Positions 9,549-20,244 of a DNA stretch of 64,000 nucleotides are shown here, piece after piece. The position numbers were made by a program, and so were the translations under genes. Each line of letters begins with the position of its first letter. The stretch's first letter is position 1. The stretch lies in UHGV virus genome UHGV-0010228; one strand, 5' to 3'. The stretch comes from a virus. The notes under the pieces are model-generated. The model saw only the letters and a program-made list of their open reading frames with translations, ran no database searches and was not told where the DNA came from.

Positions 9549-11414
9549 ATGCCAGTAAGTTATCAGATAGTGCCGGAGCATATATACCCTCATCAGATGG
9601 TACAGATTAATGATAACTCAGAGGTTGTAGATAATACATATCAGACTAACTTTGATGTTAACTCTATTCTCTGTGTATTCTCATCTCCTAAAGGTAGAGA
9701 TGGAATGTATAGCATTACTTCTGGATCTCAGGGTTTTATCAATGAATATGGTGAAGGTTCCTTTGCGAACTATGGTCAGCCATATATGCAGGCCTTTGCA
9801 GCTGCAAGTTCTGGAGCTGCAACATTACAGTGCCTTAGAGTAACTGCTGATGATGCTACATATGCTGCATCATCACTTATGTGCAAGTACTCAGTAGAAG
9901 GTACTAAACTTAAGCTTGAATTTAGTGTTGGTGTTGATAACACTAATGCACTTACAGATCTTGATAATATTGAAGATGTAAATAAGACAACTACTACAGG
10001 TACAGTAAGACTCTTTACTGTAGCTTCAATTGGTAAGGGTGCTTATGGTAATAATATTAGATGGAGAATAAGAAATAATTCAGGTTCTGATAAGCAGAAT
10101 AATTATAAGAATTATATTTTTGATATTTATGAGCAGGAAAATGGCGGTCTTGTTCTTAGAGAATCATTTTCAGTATCATTCTCAGCAGATGCAATCTGGA
10201 ATGGCGAATCAATATTCTTTGATGAAGTTATTAATGATGTTGTAAGCGGTTCTAATAAGGTTAAGGTTGTTTCATTCCCAGAAGCTTTCCAGGAAATCTA
10301 TGACAAGTATAAGGAAGCTAATCCTGATACTGAATTCACAGTTGATACATTTGACTGTATTCTTGGTATTGATAAGTTTACTAGACAGGCTGAAAAGAAC
10401 GTTGAAATCGTTGCAGAATCAGTAGATGGTGCTGGAACTTCAGTTTCACCGTCTTCAACAGCAGGTCTTGCACTTGGTGCTGGTAGTGACGGTGCATTAG
10501 CACTCACTAACAATGCTGCAACACGTCAGGCTGCTCTTGATGCACTCTACACTAAAGCTTTCAACGGTGAAATTGACGAATATATCAAGTCAAAGAATAG
10601 ATATCCTGCATCACTTATAATTGATGCTAATTATCCAGTAGCTACCAAGCGTGCAATGGTTGCTCTTGCTACTAAGAGAACTGACTGTATGGTAATGCTT
10701 GACTGTGGTACTGGTATCACAACAAAGGCATCAGTACTTTCATACATCAACGAAAATCTGGATGATTTCACTCAGTCTAGAATTGTTACAATTGAAGCAT
10801 ACTGCATGAAGGTTCGTGATCCGATGACTAAGAAGTCAGTTGTTGTTACATCTGGTTATTGGTTATCAAGATACTATCCAGTTCATATTAAGAATTGGAA
10901 TGGTAAGCACAAGCCATTTGCTGGTAATAAGTATGGTATTATTGAAGGTGCAATTAGAAACTCAGTTTATCCAACATTTGATGAAGATCTTGATTCAGAA
11001 GTTATGGATGAACTTGCAGAAAAGCATATAAACTTTGCTAAGTATAATGCTAATAGAGATACTGTAAGAGCTATGCAGGATACTAGAAATCCTAAGCTCA
11101 CAAATCTTAGTGAACAGAATAACATGCTCGTTGTTCTTGATATTAAGAGAGATGCTGAGCAGATTTGTGCACAGTTCGAATTTGAATTTGCTGAAGCAGA
11201 AGATATCTCTAGATATAATACAATTCTTCAGGGACTTGTATCTAAGTATAATGAAGCTCAGGTTCGCTCAATTAGTGCAGTTATGTCTAAGAGTGATTGG
11301 GAATCTAAGCACAACATTATACACCTCGTTATTGCTCTTGTACATAAGGATCTCGTTAGAACTACAATTATTGAAATTGATGTTAATAGAGATTCAGATG
11401 TTACAGTTGGTTAA
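9549..11414 (+). CDS. virion structural protein (major capsid or tail-sheath candidate; cannot discriminate)
   Basis: 621-aa ORF, AAAGGAGG RBS, highest-quality codon usage in module, Gly/Ala/Thr-rich. Confidence 0.6.
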   Translation: MPVSYQIVPEHIYPHQMVQINDNSEVVDNTYQTNFDVNSILCVFSSPKGRDGMYSITSGSQGFINEYGEGSFANYGQPYMQAFAAASSGAATLQCLRVTADDATYAASSLMCKYSVEGTKLKLEFSVGVDNTNALTDLDNIEDVNKTTTTGTVRLFTVASIGKGAYGNNIRWRIRNNSGSDKQNNYKNYIFDIYEQENGGLVLRESFSVSFSADAIWNGESIFFDEVINDVVSGSNKVKVVSFPEAFQEIYDKYKEANPDTEFTVDTFDCILGIDKFTRQAEKNVEIVAESVDGAGTSVSPSSTAGLALGAGSDGALALTNNAATRQAALDALYTKAFNGEIDEYIKSKNRYPASLIIDANYPVATKRAMVALATKRTDCMVMLDCGTGITTKASVLSYINENLDDFTQSRIVTIEAYCMKVRDPMTKKSVVVTSGYWLSRYYPVHIKNWNGKHKPFAGNKYGIIEGAIRNSVYPTFDEDLDSEVMDELAEKHINFAKYNANRDTVRAMQDTRNPKLTNLSEQNNMLVVLDIKRDAEQICAQFEFEFAEAEDISRYNTILQGLVSKYNEAQVRSISAVMSKSDWESKHNIIHLVIALVHKDLVRTTIIEIDVNRDSDVTVG

Positions 11415-11434
11415 TGGAAAGGAGGAGTTGAAGT

Positions 11435-12367
11435 ATGCCTGCAGAAGATTTAAAAACTATACAGTCTAGTAGTTATAAAGACTTAAACAATAAACCATTC
11501 ATGGCGAAGAATGAAAAGTCATTTGAAAACTTCTCATACTTCTTAGGTGGTATTGATGTAACTCATCAGAATCTTGATCAGTTTAACCCTTATATTCAGG
11601 GTGTATCAAGATTATTCATGCATAAACCACCACTGTATATGAATGTTGCATTCCCATCCGCAACACAGCATTTTAAAACATATCTCGAATCTGGTTACAC
11701 TAGAATCGATGGTATTTCCGATATTTCTGTTTCATTCGTAGACTTTGAAGGTGGCTTCGCTGGTCAGAGATTCTCTAATGTTTCTCTTGCACAGGATGAA
11801 ACCGATACGATCACTGTATCAGTATACGAACTTTCAGGTTCACCAGTAAGAGAATATCTCGACACTTGGATTTCGGGTGTAAGAGATCCAAGATCAGGTA
11901 TTGCACATTATCATGGTCTTATTGGTAGAGCTATTACTGATGGTGGTATGGAATATGCGGAAACTAATCATACTGCTGAATTTATATATGTAACATTAGA
12001 TCCAACAGGCCTTAAGCCAGAATATTGCTGCATGTTTGCACATGCATTCCCAACTAAGGTTCCTAAGTCACACCTTAACTATGAAAAGGGTGAAAGATCA
12101 AACGTTCAGATGGATATTGAATTTAAGGTTACTAAATATGAGTCACCTGCAATAAATGATATTGGTATTTGGTATATCAATAACTCTAAGGTTACTTACA
12201 ATTATCTTGACTTCGATCCACACGTTAATCTTGAAGGTAAGGGTTATAATGATTATTACACTTACTCTTATGATGGAACATCAGGATTAAATAATGGAGA
12301 ATCAACTCCGGCTAAGTTTGGTCCAAATGCAAGTACTAAGGTTCAGAAGGACATTTTAAATTCATAA
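11435..12367 (+). CDS. virion structural protein (310 aa)
   Basis: GAAAGGAGGAG RBS; tightly coupled to upstream structural gene; perfect hairpin + T-run terminator after stop. Confidence 0.6.
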   Translation: MPAEDLKTIQSSSYKDLNNKPFMAKNEKSFENFSYFLGGIDVTHQNLDQFNPYIQGVSRLFMHKPPLYMNVAFPSATQHFKTYLESGYTRIDGISDISVSFVDFEGGFAGQRFSNVSLAQDETDTITVSVYELSGSPVREYLDTWISGVRDPRSGIAHYHGLIGRAITDGGMEYAETNHTAEFIYVTLDPTGLKPEYCCMFAHAFPTKVPKSHLNYEKGERSNVQMDIEFKVTKYESPAINDIGIWYINNSKVTYNYLDFDPHVNLEGKGYNDYYTYSYDGTSGLNNGESTPAKFGPNASTKVQKDILNS

Positions 12368-12372
12368 TATTA

Positions 12373-12406
12373 AGAGAAGAATCCTATTAGGATTCTTCTC
12401 TTTTTT
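12373..12406 (+). terminator. rho-independent terminator
   Basis: agagaagaatcct att aggattcttctct + tttttt. Confidence 0.75.
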
Positions 12407-12448
12407 AATATGTAATTTAACACTATCTTAAAAAGGAGGTGTTTATTT

Positions 12449-14863
12449 TTGGCAAGACAGGACTCCAAAAAAACCGACCAGATCAAAGTTGATAAAGATG
12501 TTAGTGCTCTTGATGTAGTCGCTAAAAGGATATTATCAACTATTGATAATACATACGATGAAAAAATAATTCTTAATAATAAAGCATCTAAATTACACAA
12601 GATTATTAATGATGAACTCCAGTTAGCAAAAGGTGTTAGTCAGGGTAATATTGTAGATTTCGTATCTGCAGTTGCAGTAAATAAGGATCCTAATAATAGA
12701 GATCAGAAAGTCGATATAGATGAATTATTTACTCAGGATGTAGGAAATTTATTTGGATATTTCCAGGATACTTATAAGAATAAATATGTTGAATTAGCAG
12801 ATTTAAAGTTTATTACAAAATTTATACCTGCTATAGGGGAAGCAGTTAAGGTTACTCTCGATTCAATTGTTGGTGCGGATGATTTATCATCGATATTAAC
12901 TAGAGTTATCGAATTACCAAAAACATTAACTGAAGAAGAAGTATCTCAGGTAATTGAAGAAATTGAGAGAATTGAGAGAGAAGAAAAACTTCTCAGAAAA
13001 TTAAAAAATGTTGATTATAAAAAAGCCTTAGTATCAGGTGTGCATTATGTATATGCAGTTCCATATTCTGAATTATTTAATGAATATGAAAGACTTAAAG
13101 CTAAAGGTAAAATCAACAAGAATCCATTAGCTGCAAATCCTAATCTTAAACCGGGTGCTGGTAAAACCAGTGGATTTAATATTAAAGCTCAGGAATCTTA
13201 TGAAGATAGTACAGATTCATTTGCATATGAATCTATAAATTTATTTGATGATAGTGTAATCGAAAATCTTAATTCAAGTAATATGTTTAATAAAGAAGAC
13301 ATTGCAGAAATTAAGAAATCATTAAAGACTAATACATTACCTATACAGGTATCAGATTCTGAATATCCTATAGATGCACTTGAAAGTGTAGCTTCATATC
13401 AAGCAATACAGAATCACCTTGGAAGTTATATCAATAAATTTGAAACTGCAGAAGTTCAATATAAAGACTTTGCATCTTCAGGTACTTATGATATAAATAA
13501 AGCTAATGTTAAACCTAAGAAGTTTAATACTAAGGGTACATACATAAAACATATAGATGCAAAGTATATGTTAAAGATAAAGATCTTTGATGAAGTCATA
13601 GGTTATTTCTATGTAAGAGATACCCCTATTAGCAAAAAAGATGTATCTACTCAGTCTATCACAAATAATACATTATTCTCAATAGGCTCTAATCTTTTCA
13701 ATTCTACTAAACTAACTGAGAATAAAAGAAATGCTGCTATTAGATCTATTGTAGATACAATATCTGAAGGAATTATTGATAAATTTTCAAATAAGTTTGT
13801 TAATAAGAATTCTGAATTCAAAAGAATCATTGCGGATTGTATAATTCAGAATGGTTTAGTAAATAACCAATTCCAGATTCAGTTCATTCCGGCTAAACAT
13901 GTTATCCCATTTGTAATAAACGAGAATGAAGATGGTGATGGAGAATCTATACTTGCAGATGCATTATTCCCAGCTAAGCTATTACTTTCATTAGTAGTAA
14001 ATAAGTTATTAACTTATCTTAATAAGGGTGGCAATAAAACTATTGCTCATATTAAGAAAGGTCCTATTAACTTAGATGGTGGTAATCACATTCAGAGAGT
14101 AATTAGAATGCTTCAGGAATCACAGATAACATTTAGTGATTTATTATCAACAAACTTAACATTTGCCAAGTTTGCTAGAGATGGAAATTTATCTATTCCA
14201 TCAGCTAAGAATGGTGATAGACTCGTTGAATTTGAAGTTCAAGAAGGTCAGCAAGTTGATATGAAACCTGAAATGGAAGAGTGGCTAGAAAAAATGGCAA
14301 TAATGGGTACAGGTGTACCATCTGTCATAATGGAATATACTGATGCTGCCGATTATGCTAAATCAATTGTAACAGCAAATATCAAATTTGCAGGTAGAGT
14401 CGCATCACTTCAGGGAGATCTCGAAGATCCAACAACTGATTTATATAAGATATTACTGCTTAATTCTAATTTAGATGAAGAACTAAAGAATAAAGCCATA
14501 CAGGGACTCAAATTCGTATTGCCAAGACCAAAAGTCTTATCAAACCAGAACATATCAGAGTATTTGTCAACTATACAGCAGTCAGCTCAGATGCAAAGTG
14601 ACATCATATTTGGGACAAATGGAACTGATGATAATGATCCGAGTTTACCAAAAGTTAAGGACGAATTCATTAAGATGACTGTGGCTGAAAATTCACCATT
14701 TATTGATTGGGATGCTGCTGAAGAACGAAGAAGAAAAGCAGTATTATCAGTTAAGGAAAAAGAAAAGATCGCTGTACCGACGGGAGATGATAACTCCGAT
14801 AGTGGAGGCCTCTCAGATGACTTTGGAGGTACTGGTGACGAAGATAATGGTGATGAGTTTTAA
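12449..14863 (+). CDS. large structural protein (portal-like by size and acidic C-tail; unverified)
   Basis: 804-aa ORF; TTG start at 12449 with AAAAGGAGG RBS 9 nt upstream; C-terminus DDFGGTGDEDNGDEF. Confidence 0.55.
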   Translation: MARQDSKKTDQIKVDKDVSALDVVAKRILSTIDNTYDEKIILNNKASKLHKIINDELQLAKGVSQGNIVDFVSAVAVNKDPNNRDQKVDIDELFTQDVGNLFGYFQDTYKNKYVELADLKFITKFIPAIGEAVKVTLDSIVGADDLSSILTRVIELPKTLTEEEVSQVIEEIERIEREEKLLRKLKNVDYKKALVSGVHYVYAVPYSELFNEYERLKAKGKINKNPLAANPNLKPGAGKTSGFNIKAQESYEDSTDSFAYESINLFDDSVIENLNSSNMFNKEDIAEIKKSLKTNTLPIQVSDSEYPIDALESVASYQAIQNHLGSYINKFETAEVQYKDFASSGTYDINKANVKPKKFNTKGTYIKHIDAKYMLKIKIFDEVIGYFYVRDTPISKKDVSTQSITNNTLFSIGSNLFNSTKLTENKRNAAIRSIVDTISEGIIDKFSNKFVNKNSEFKRIIADCIIQNGLVNNQFQIQFIPAKHVIPFVINENEDGDGESILADALFPAKLLLSLVVNKLLTYLNKGGNKTIAHIKKGPINLDGGNHIQRVIRMLQESQITFSDLLSTNLTFAKFARDGNLSIPSAKNGDRLVEFEVQEGQQVDMKPEMEEWLEKMAIMGTGVPSVIMEYTDAADYAKSIVTANIKFAGRVASLQGDLEDPTTDLYKILLLNSNLDEELKNKAIQGLKFVLPRPKVLSNQNISEYLSTIQQSAQMQSDIIFGTNGTDDNDPSLPKVKDEFIKMTVAENSPFIDWDAAEERRRKAVLSVKEKEKIAVPTGDDNSDSGGLSDDFGGTGDEDNGDEF

Positions 14864-15004
14864 ATCCTAAATGCTTGGCTAATTTATGAGTAATATGTGT
14901 TAACATTTCCCTTATAGTAATAAAAAATGCATTTAGAAATTAAATATTTATTTCTTATAACTCAAGACAAGCAATGTTTTAAACACTCCAGATTAATTCA
15001 CGTT

Positions 15005-15046
15005 AAAATAACTAGGATAGACATATGTCTATCCTAGTTATTTTTT
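15005..15046. terminator. bidirectional hairpin between convergent genes
   Basis: aaaataactaggatagaca ta tgtctatcctagttatttt flanked by A/T runs. Confidence 0.7.
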
Positions 15047-15665
15047 AAAAATGAAGACCACTAGCAGATCCATCAAAACCTGTATCAACATATCTATTTG
15101 GATATAGCATTGAATCATAACACTTCATGAATTTTGTACTAATAGTAGATAATAAATTAATTATCTTGCCAATAGGCTGAATTAATTCCTCATCAATCTC
15201 AGCAACATTAAATGTTTCAATATTTTTTATAGTTTCTTTAAATGTTTTATCTAATGTATTAAACATATTTTTTGCATCATTCATGGGAGCGGTTCTCCAC
15301 CAATGATCATCCGCATTATTCATTAATATAAAATTCATCTGACGGGTCATCTCATCCCATAATTCATTTAATCCTTCAAGCTCACTAACCATTACTGGAT
15401 AATCAGATACTAAATCGTACTTTAAGAATGTCTTATCAAATACTTTCTTAGTTTCTCTGAATCCAACTTTAAACTGATCATACATCTTAATATGTACTAA
15501 CTTATCCAACTTATCAGATTTGGTAAGTTTATAGAACCACTGTTTTACTCTTGACCATATTGCTTTAAGCCAATCTACGAATTTGTTAAAAATTTCAGAT
15601 ACCGAAATTCCTTCTAATACATGCTCATAGTTATTGATTTCTTCTAAAGCTACAGTATAATTCAT
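15045..15665 (-). CDS. hypothetical protein (206 aa)
   Basis: Minus-strand ORF terminated by bidirectional hairpin 15005-15046. Confidence 0.5.
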   Translation of the reverse strand: MNYTVALEEINNYEHVLEGISVSEIFNKFVDWLKAIWSRVKQWFYKLTKSDKLDKLVHIKMYDQFKVGFRETKKVFDKTFLKYDLVSDYPVMVSELEGLNELWDEMTRQMNFILMNNADDHWWRTAPMNDAKNMFNTLDKTFKETIKNIETFNVAEIDEELIQPIGKIINLLSTISTKFMKCYDSMLYPNRYVDTGFDGSASGLHF

Positions 15666-15716
15666 TATTACACCAACCTTTCTTAATAATAAAAAATAAG
15701 GAGTAGATTATATAAT

Positions 15717-15953
15717 CTACTCCTTATTATGTTCAATGTCGAATACCATTTCGTCATTTTCAAGTGTACAAGAAACTCTTACAACAGTTGGATCATCTAT
15801 AACCTCATTACAGAGTTTGATGAAATCCTCATAATGATTTCCTAACACAGCTTCGAAAATATCATCATTTATTATATCTGTGACTTTATCAACTGTAATA
15901 TGTCGAAATAATATTAACTGATCACTGAACACTGGAGTTGTATCAGTATTCAA
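15717..15953 (-). CDS. hypothetical small protein
   Basis: ORF; apparent TTG start; weak GGTGA SD. Confidence 0.4.
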   Translation of the reverse strand: MNTDTTPVFSDQLILFRHITVDKVTDIINDDIFEAVLGNHYEDFIKLCNEVIDDPTVVRVSCTLENDEMVFDIEHNKE

Positions 15954-15986
15954 AATTAGTCACCATTTATCCTTCCATTGCAAGAT

Positions 15987-16208
15987 TTAATATGCTGCTT
16001 CACTTATTGCATCTACAATAGTAGCATTCTTTGCTTTTTCTCGATAAATTAATTCTCGGTGTTTTCGTAAATATCCAAGTTCTTTAAATGACATATGTAA
16101 TATATCATTATATGAAAGCTGTCCTTTAAATTCGTATAACACAGTATCAACAAAAGCCATTAAGCTTTCAATTAACGAATCTCCGTGATCGAACCGAGGA
16201 CCCGCCAA
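15987..16208 (-). CDS. hypothetical small protein (start uncertain, may be internal Met at 16160)
   Basis: ORF overlapping 3' end of upstream gene by 37 nt. Confidence 0.35.
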   Translation of the reverse strand: MAGPRFDHGDSLIESLMAFVDTVLYEFKGQLSYNDILHMSFKELGYLRKHRELIYREKAKNATIVDAISEAAY

Positions 16209-17743
16209 AAAACCAGTGATTCAATATTAAGATCATGAGTCATTTCTTTACCACAATGTGGGCATTTTGAATGAAGTGTGAACTTAATCTTGAAATCATA
16301 TTCATCATTAATTCTATTCTGAAGCATTCTATGATCTTCTTCAGTAATAGATACTAATGTATCGAGCATAATCTCTGGTTCATTTTCAGTTACCTGAATA
16401 TAGCTGCCAGTCTTTTCATTATATATGTATACTTCCTGTAAGAAACATGCAATTGCTGCTGCTGAGCTTATTACTATATCTTTCTGATCAATTAATCTAT
16501 AGATAGTAGCAGCTCTAGCTACTGATGGATATGAAACTACATAAATATTATTTGTAAATGGAGACTGATACATAGTACCCTTAGCCCAATCATCATGCAT
16601 AGCACGTAATTCTGCAGGCTTAGATTTATTTCCAATTATTTTATCTATACGTTCCTTATATCTATCTGGCATGTCACTTGTATCTAATATAGATCTAATC
16701 TTATACTTAAATGGATAATTAGACTTGCATTCATCACATGTAATTTCTGTTTCAGTTTCTTCCATAGATGAGGCAACTAAAATGCCATATAATGCAAGAT
16801 CAAGATCGTGAAGTGGGAATTTATTTGCAAATTCATCGTATTCTAATACAATTCTACCCTTTTCATCAAACTTCTTTAATATACCACCTGATAATATCTT
16901 ATCATATACTAAAGAAGCCTTCTTATCTATAGCTTCTTCTATAGCATCATCTGGGTATGATATTGATGAATATAACTGGATTAACTGAGATCCCTTAAAT
17001 GTTACGAAATCGCCATAATATGGCAGTGGTACACTATATCTTGAAAGAGCGCCTTCAATTGACTTAACGTAATCTGCTTTATGATCGGAATCGATACGCT
17101 CAACCTTAATATTCTTAAGAGCTTCATCTTCAACTAATACTAAATTAATAGCCTTAGTTGTTCTAAGCTTAGCATGTTCTTCTTCAGTAAGACCAAGATC
17201 TTCAACTGGCTGTTTTGTCTTATCAAGATATATCATACCTACAGTTGTATCTGGTGTTTCATCTTCTAAAAGTTCTTCTTTTAAATCATTTAATGATACA
17301 CCATCACCAGTTGTAGGTTCACCAATACCATAATCCTTCTTAATCTTATTAGCAACTGCAATGGATGCTTCTTTAGGAGAGAATCCATCCATGATTAATT
17401 TCTTTTTATATTCTTCATACTTGATTCTATCTTCTGGTGGAATTGAATCAAGTGGGTTTTCCATATCTGCTGGTGCGGTAGAATCTTCAAATATTGAAGG
17501 ATCTAACTTAACTGGAGCATCTGGAATATTTATAGGTTCTGATTTTTCTAATGGAACATGGTTGCCAATAATGACAGTATCATCTTCTTCAAGTTCAACA
17601 TCTGGTTCAGGTTCAATAGTTTTCTCAACATCTGAATGATCTCCGAAGCTTACAATTTCAGTTGTATCTGAATCAAGTGAGCCATTTAAAACGTTATTAG
17701 AAGCTGCCTGTGCAAGTTCTTTTAAATTGATTTCATTTCCCAT
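16172..17743 (-). CDS. hypothetical protein with C-terminal CxxC...CPHCG zinc ribbon
   Basis: 523-aa ORF, GGAAAGGAAG RBS; acidic N-terminal third. Confidence 0.6.
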   Translation of the reverse strand: MGNEINLKELAQAASNNVLNGSLDSDTTEIVSFGDHSDVEKTIEPEPDVELEEDDTVIIGNHVPLEKSEPINIPDAPVKLDPSIFEDSTAPADMENPLDSIPPEDRIKYEEYKKKLIMDGFSPKEASIAVANKIKKDYGIGEPTTGDGVSLNDLKEELLEDETPDTTVGMIYLDKTKQPVEDLGLTEEEHAKLRTTKAINLVLVEDEALKNIKVERIDSDHKADYVKSIEGALSRYSVPLPYYGDFVTFKGSQLIQLYSSISYPDDAIEEAIDKKASLVYDKILSGGILKKFDEKGRIVLEYDEFANKFPLHDLDLALYGILVASSMEETETEITCDECKSNYPFKYKIRSILDTSDMPDRYKERIDKIIGNKSKPAELRAMHDDWAKGTMYQSPFTNNIYVVSYPSVARAATIYRLIDQKDIVISSAAAIACFLQEVYIYNEKTGSYIQVTENEPEIMLDTLVSITEEDHRMLQNRINDEYDFKIKFTLHSKCPHCGKEMTHDLNIESLVFWRVLGSITEIR

Positions 17744-17770
17744 ATGATATCTTCCTTTCCATATATTGAT

Positions 17771-18187
17771 TTAACCCCATGATATTTCAAAATCTAAAAA
17801 CTTTTTACCAACTTCAGAAGCGACTGCAGAAGCATCGACCACTCCATTATCGGTAAATTCAAATACCAAAATCATCCATGTTTGACCATTATCACTTACT
17901 ATCTTATTAGCACTAACATTTGTCAATGGAACATCTGGTAAATATATTTCAACCTGATTCTGTATTATTGATGGTAAATCATTAATAACATCATCCATGT
18001 ATTCATAATCGTAAGATTTGATTCCAATACCCATTTCAGGCATTGATGGATAAGTACCAGGCTCTAGAAATAAAAGATTTAATATTAATTGAGACCATGC
18101 ATTTTTACCAATCAATTCTGCTGGTTTATTGAATACATCGATCCCTAATAATAATTCTTTTTTACTAGCTTCGGTGTATGTAGTCAT
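17771..18187 (-). CDS. hypothetical protein (138 aa)
   Basis: AGAGGTGA RBS. Confidence 0.55.
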   Translation of the reverse strand: MTTYTEASKKELLLGIDVFNKPAELIGKNAWSQLILNLLFLEPGTYPSMPEMGIGIKSYDYEYMDDVINDLPSIIQNQVEIYLPDVPLTNVSANKIVSDNGQTWMILVFEFTDNGVVDASAVASEVGKKFLDFEISWG

Positions 18188-18251
18188 CTATCGTCACCTC
18201 TTAGTAAATTTTATTAAATATTTGTGCTCGCATATAAAAAAATATAAGTAA

Positions 18252-18285
18252 AAAGAAATAGCTGATATCAGCTATTTCTTTTTAA
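18252..18285 (-). terminator. hairpin terminator overlapping ppk stop
   Basis: aaagaaatagctga tatc agctatttcttt; T-rich on minus strand after stem. Confidence 0.6.
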
Positions 18286-19884
18286 TGATTCATATAATTC
18301 AATCATCTCACATTTTGCATTTGGTTCACTAATTTCCATTACAGTTTCCAAACGCTTATCGAGATTTCGAATTAATAGATCAGTAGACCCTATATAAATA
18401 GAGCAATGATCATTAGGACCAAACATGTATATTCGTTCATGCTCTAAATAAGGACCATTAATAGTTATAACTTTTATTCCTATAGGATTTAATCCTATAG
18501 AAGTTCTACAGATAACTTCAACATCAACCCCACAATTAGCAGCTCGTTGAAGATCTTTGATTATAGATCTATCCATTAGGTGATTTACCTTAATACGGAT
18601 TTTACCTTCAGAACCTTTCCTCATCTGCTCTCTAATTCTTAGTCGTATTAAAGCTCTGGCATTATTTTTGACATTACCATATCCACTATTAGTGAATCTT
18701 TGAGCTATAATATCAGATATAATGCCATATGCAGTTCTTATAACTGCACTATCTGAAGATATATAATGCAGATCTATATATTGACCAGATGTATCTGCAT
18801 TATAATTACCAGTACTTACATGTGCAAATGCTTTTTTATCGGTACATGCTAAGAATATCTTACCATGTATTTTATAATTAAAGAATTTAGATCTAATAAC
18901 TATATTAGGATATTCTTTTCGAAGTTCTAGTAATTGTCTGATATATTCTTCATTAGGTTCTTCATTACCTCTAGCCATAACTTCTATATAGATAAATACT
19001 CGTTTACCTAATTTTGCAGCCTTGTAAACGGATTCGATAATTTTAGAATTATCTTCAAATCTATACAAAGTTAAGAAGATATATTTTATTTTTTGATGGA
19101 TACACATCTGGTCTATAAAGTTTTGAACATTATCAAAACTATCCAATGGTGTTCTATAAATATATCCTTTACCAGTAGATAACTCTTTAAAATAATCAAT
19201 ATTGTTAAATGAAGTTTCTAGATCATTCTCAAATAATTCAGGATGTTTTTCCTTAGTTAATTTGAATTTATTACATGCCTGAAGGACTCTAATATCAAAT
19301 ACGAACGGTACATCGATTTTATAGTTTTTAATGACGTTCATTATTTGTCTAGAATCATTCTCGATATCAGCATAAATTATAGCAATACGATAATCCTCAA
19401 GTGTTTTAGTTTTTGGATGTAAGTATTGTCTATCCGAAAGTATCCTAATTATCATAGAATGTCTTAGATGAGCATAATCTTTTTCTTTATCAACTTCTAT
19501 GAAAAAATTACGATAGATCCTAGGAACCAAATATAATTTATCAGGTTCAAGTTTACGAACCGTTTTATGATTACCCCATTCCGCTTTGAGGTCTATTATA
19601 TCTGGTTTTTCTTCCTTGAATCTATCGCTCATCATTATCATTCCAATATTGATCTTTCTAACTAACTTATATAGAGTCAATATTTGTTCTGATAATAGAT
19701 ATGCATTGTAAGTTCTCATTCTAATATCAATATGCTCTAAGATATTAGATCTTACAATATTAAAATATTTAAGAGAGGATAATATCGGAGTATTTGGATT
19801 TATACCCTTCATTAATATCCTCTCTTGAAATTCTAATGATATCCATTCAGGCACATGATCCATTGGAGGAACATATTTTAGCAT
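18268..19884 (-). CDS. ppk: polyphosphate kinase 1 (PPK1) homologue, shortened
   Basis: N-terminal VPEWISLEFQERIL...LSSLKYFNIVRSNILEHID (cf. PPK1 ELSWL.FNERVL / LRFL.I.SSNLDEFF); PLD-like C domains HGKIFL...FAHVSTGNYN...YIDLHY, VNHLMDRSIIKDLQRAANCGVDVEVICR, GSTDLLIRNLDKRLE; TGA stop. Confidence 0.8.
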   Translation of the reverse strand: MLKYVPPMDHVPEWISLEFQERILMKGINPNTPILSSLKYFNIVRSNILEHIDIRMRTYNAYLLSEQILTLYKLVRKINIGMIMMSDRFKEEKPDIIDLKAEWGNHKTVRKLEPDKLYLVPRIYRNFFIEVDKEKDYAHLRHSMIIRILSDRQYLHPKTKTLEDYRIAIIYADIENDSRQIMNVIKNYKIDVPFVFDIRVLQACNKFKLTKEKHPELFENDLETSFNNIDYFKELSTGKGYIYRTPLDSFDNVQNFIDQMCIHQKIKYIFLTLYRFEDNSKIIESVYKAAKLGKRVFIYIEVMARGNEEPNEEYIRQLLELRKEYPNIVIRSKFFNYKIHGKIFLACTDKKAFAHVSTGNYNADTSGQYIDLHYISSDSAVIRTAYGIISDIIAQRFTNSGYGNVKNNARALIRLRIREQMRKGSEGKIRIKVNHLMDRSIIKDLQRAANCGVDVEVICRTSIGLNPIGIKVITINGPYLEHERIYMFGPNDHCSIYIGSTDLLIRNLDKRLETVMEISEPNAKCEMIELYESLKRNS

Positions 19885-20048
19885 ACTGCGAAGGCTGCTA
19901 ATTTATCTCCGAATTTGAATATCTTACTAACAAGCTTGGTATTACCAAGAGCACTAGCCAATTTACCTACATGTGCTGTGGCAAAAGCTGCTACTGCAGC
20001 TCCAAACTTTGCAATTACCCTTACGGTTGATTTTATATTTTTAAACAT
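19878..20048 (-). CDS. small hydrophobic protein (56 aa)
   Basis: AAGGAG RBS 7 nt before internal ATG; amphipathic/TM segment; stop overlaps ppk start. Confidence 0.45.
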   Translation of the reverse strand: MFKNIKSTVRVIAKFGAAVAAFATAHVGKLASALGNTKLVSKIFKFGDKLAAFAVC

Positions 20049-20244
20049 CTTTTTTCTCCTTCTTTTTAGTTTTGTTAGAATCCATAGATTCTGCCTCATT
20101 AGCATTCTTTCCATATTTATTGTCCATAGCGTCAGTAAATCCTTTTGTTGTAGTAGGATCATAACTTTGATATAATCCCAACGCACCACCGATAATCACG
20201 AAAAGTTCAGCCCAATTAAGCGTTGTTATTTTATTGCGATGCAT
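20041..20244 (-). CDS. small membrane protein (start uncertain)
   Basis: TM helix LNWAELFVIIGGALGLY; overlaps neighbour, no clear RBS. Confidence 0.3.
   Translation of the reverse strand: MHRNKITTLNWAELFVIIGGALGLYQSYDPTTTKGFTDAMDNKYGKNANEAESMDSNKTKKKEKKDV

Noticed and set aside
14864-15044. Intergenic regions scanned for tRNA genes (also 21080-21247, 53477-54162)
   Set aside because: No GC-richer ~75-nt cloverleaf-like segments. Sequence is uniformly AT-rich with only terminator palindromes.
18214-18270. Possible UGA=Trp recoding (ppk ends in TGA inside a hairpin)
   Set aside because: Read-through would add only FLFTYIFFY-like junk before a TAA. TGG is used for Trp throughout. No in-frame TGA occurs in other long ORFs.
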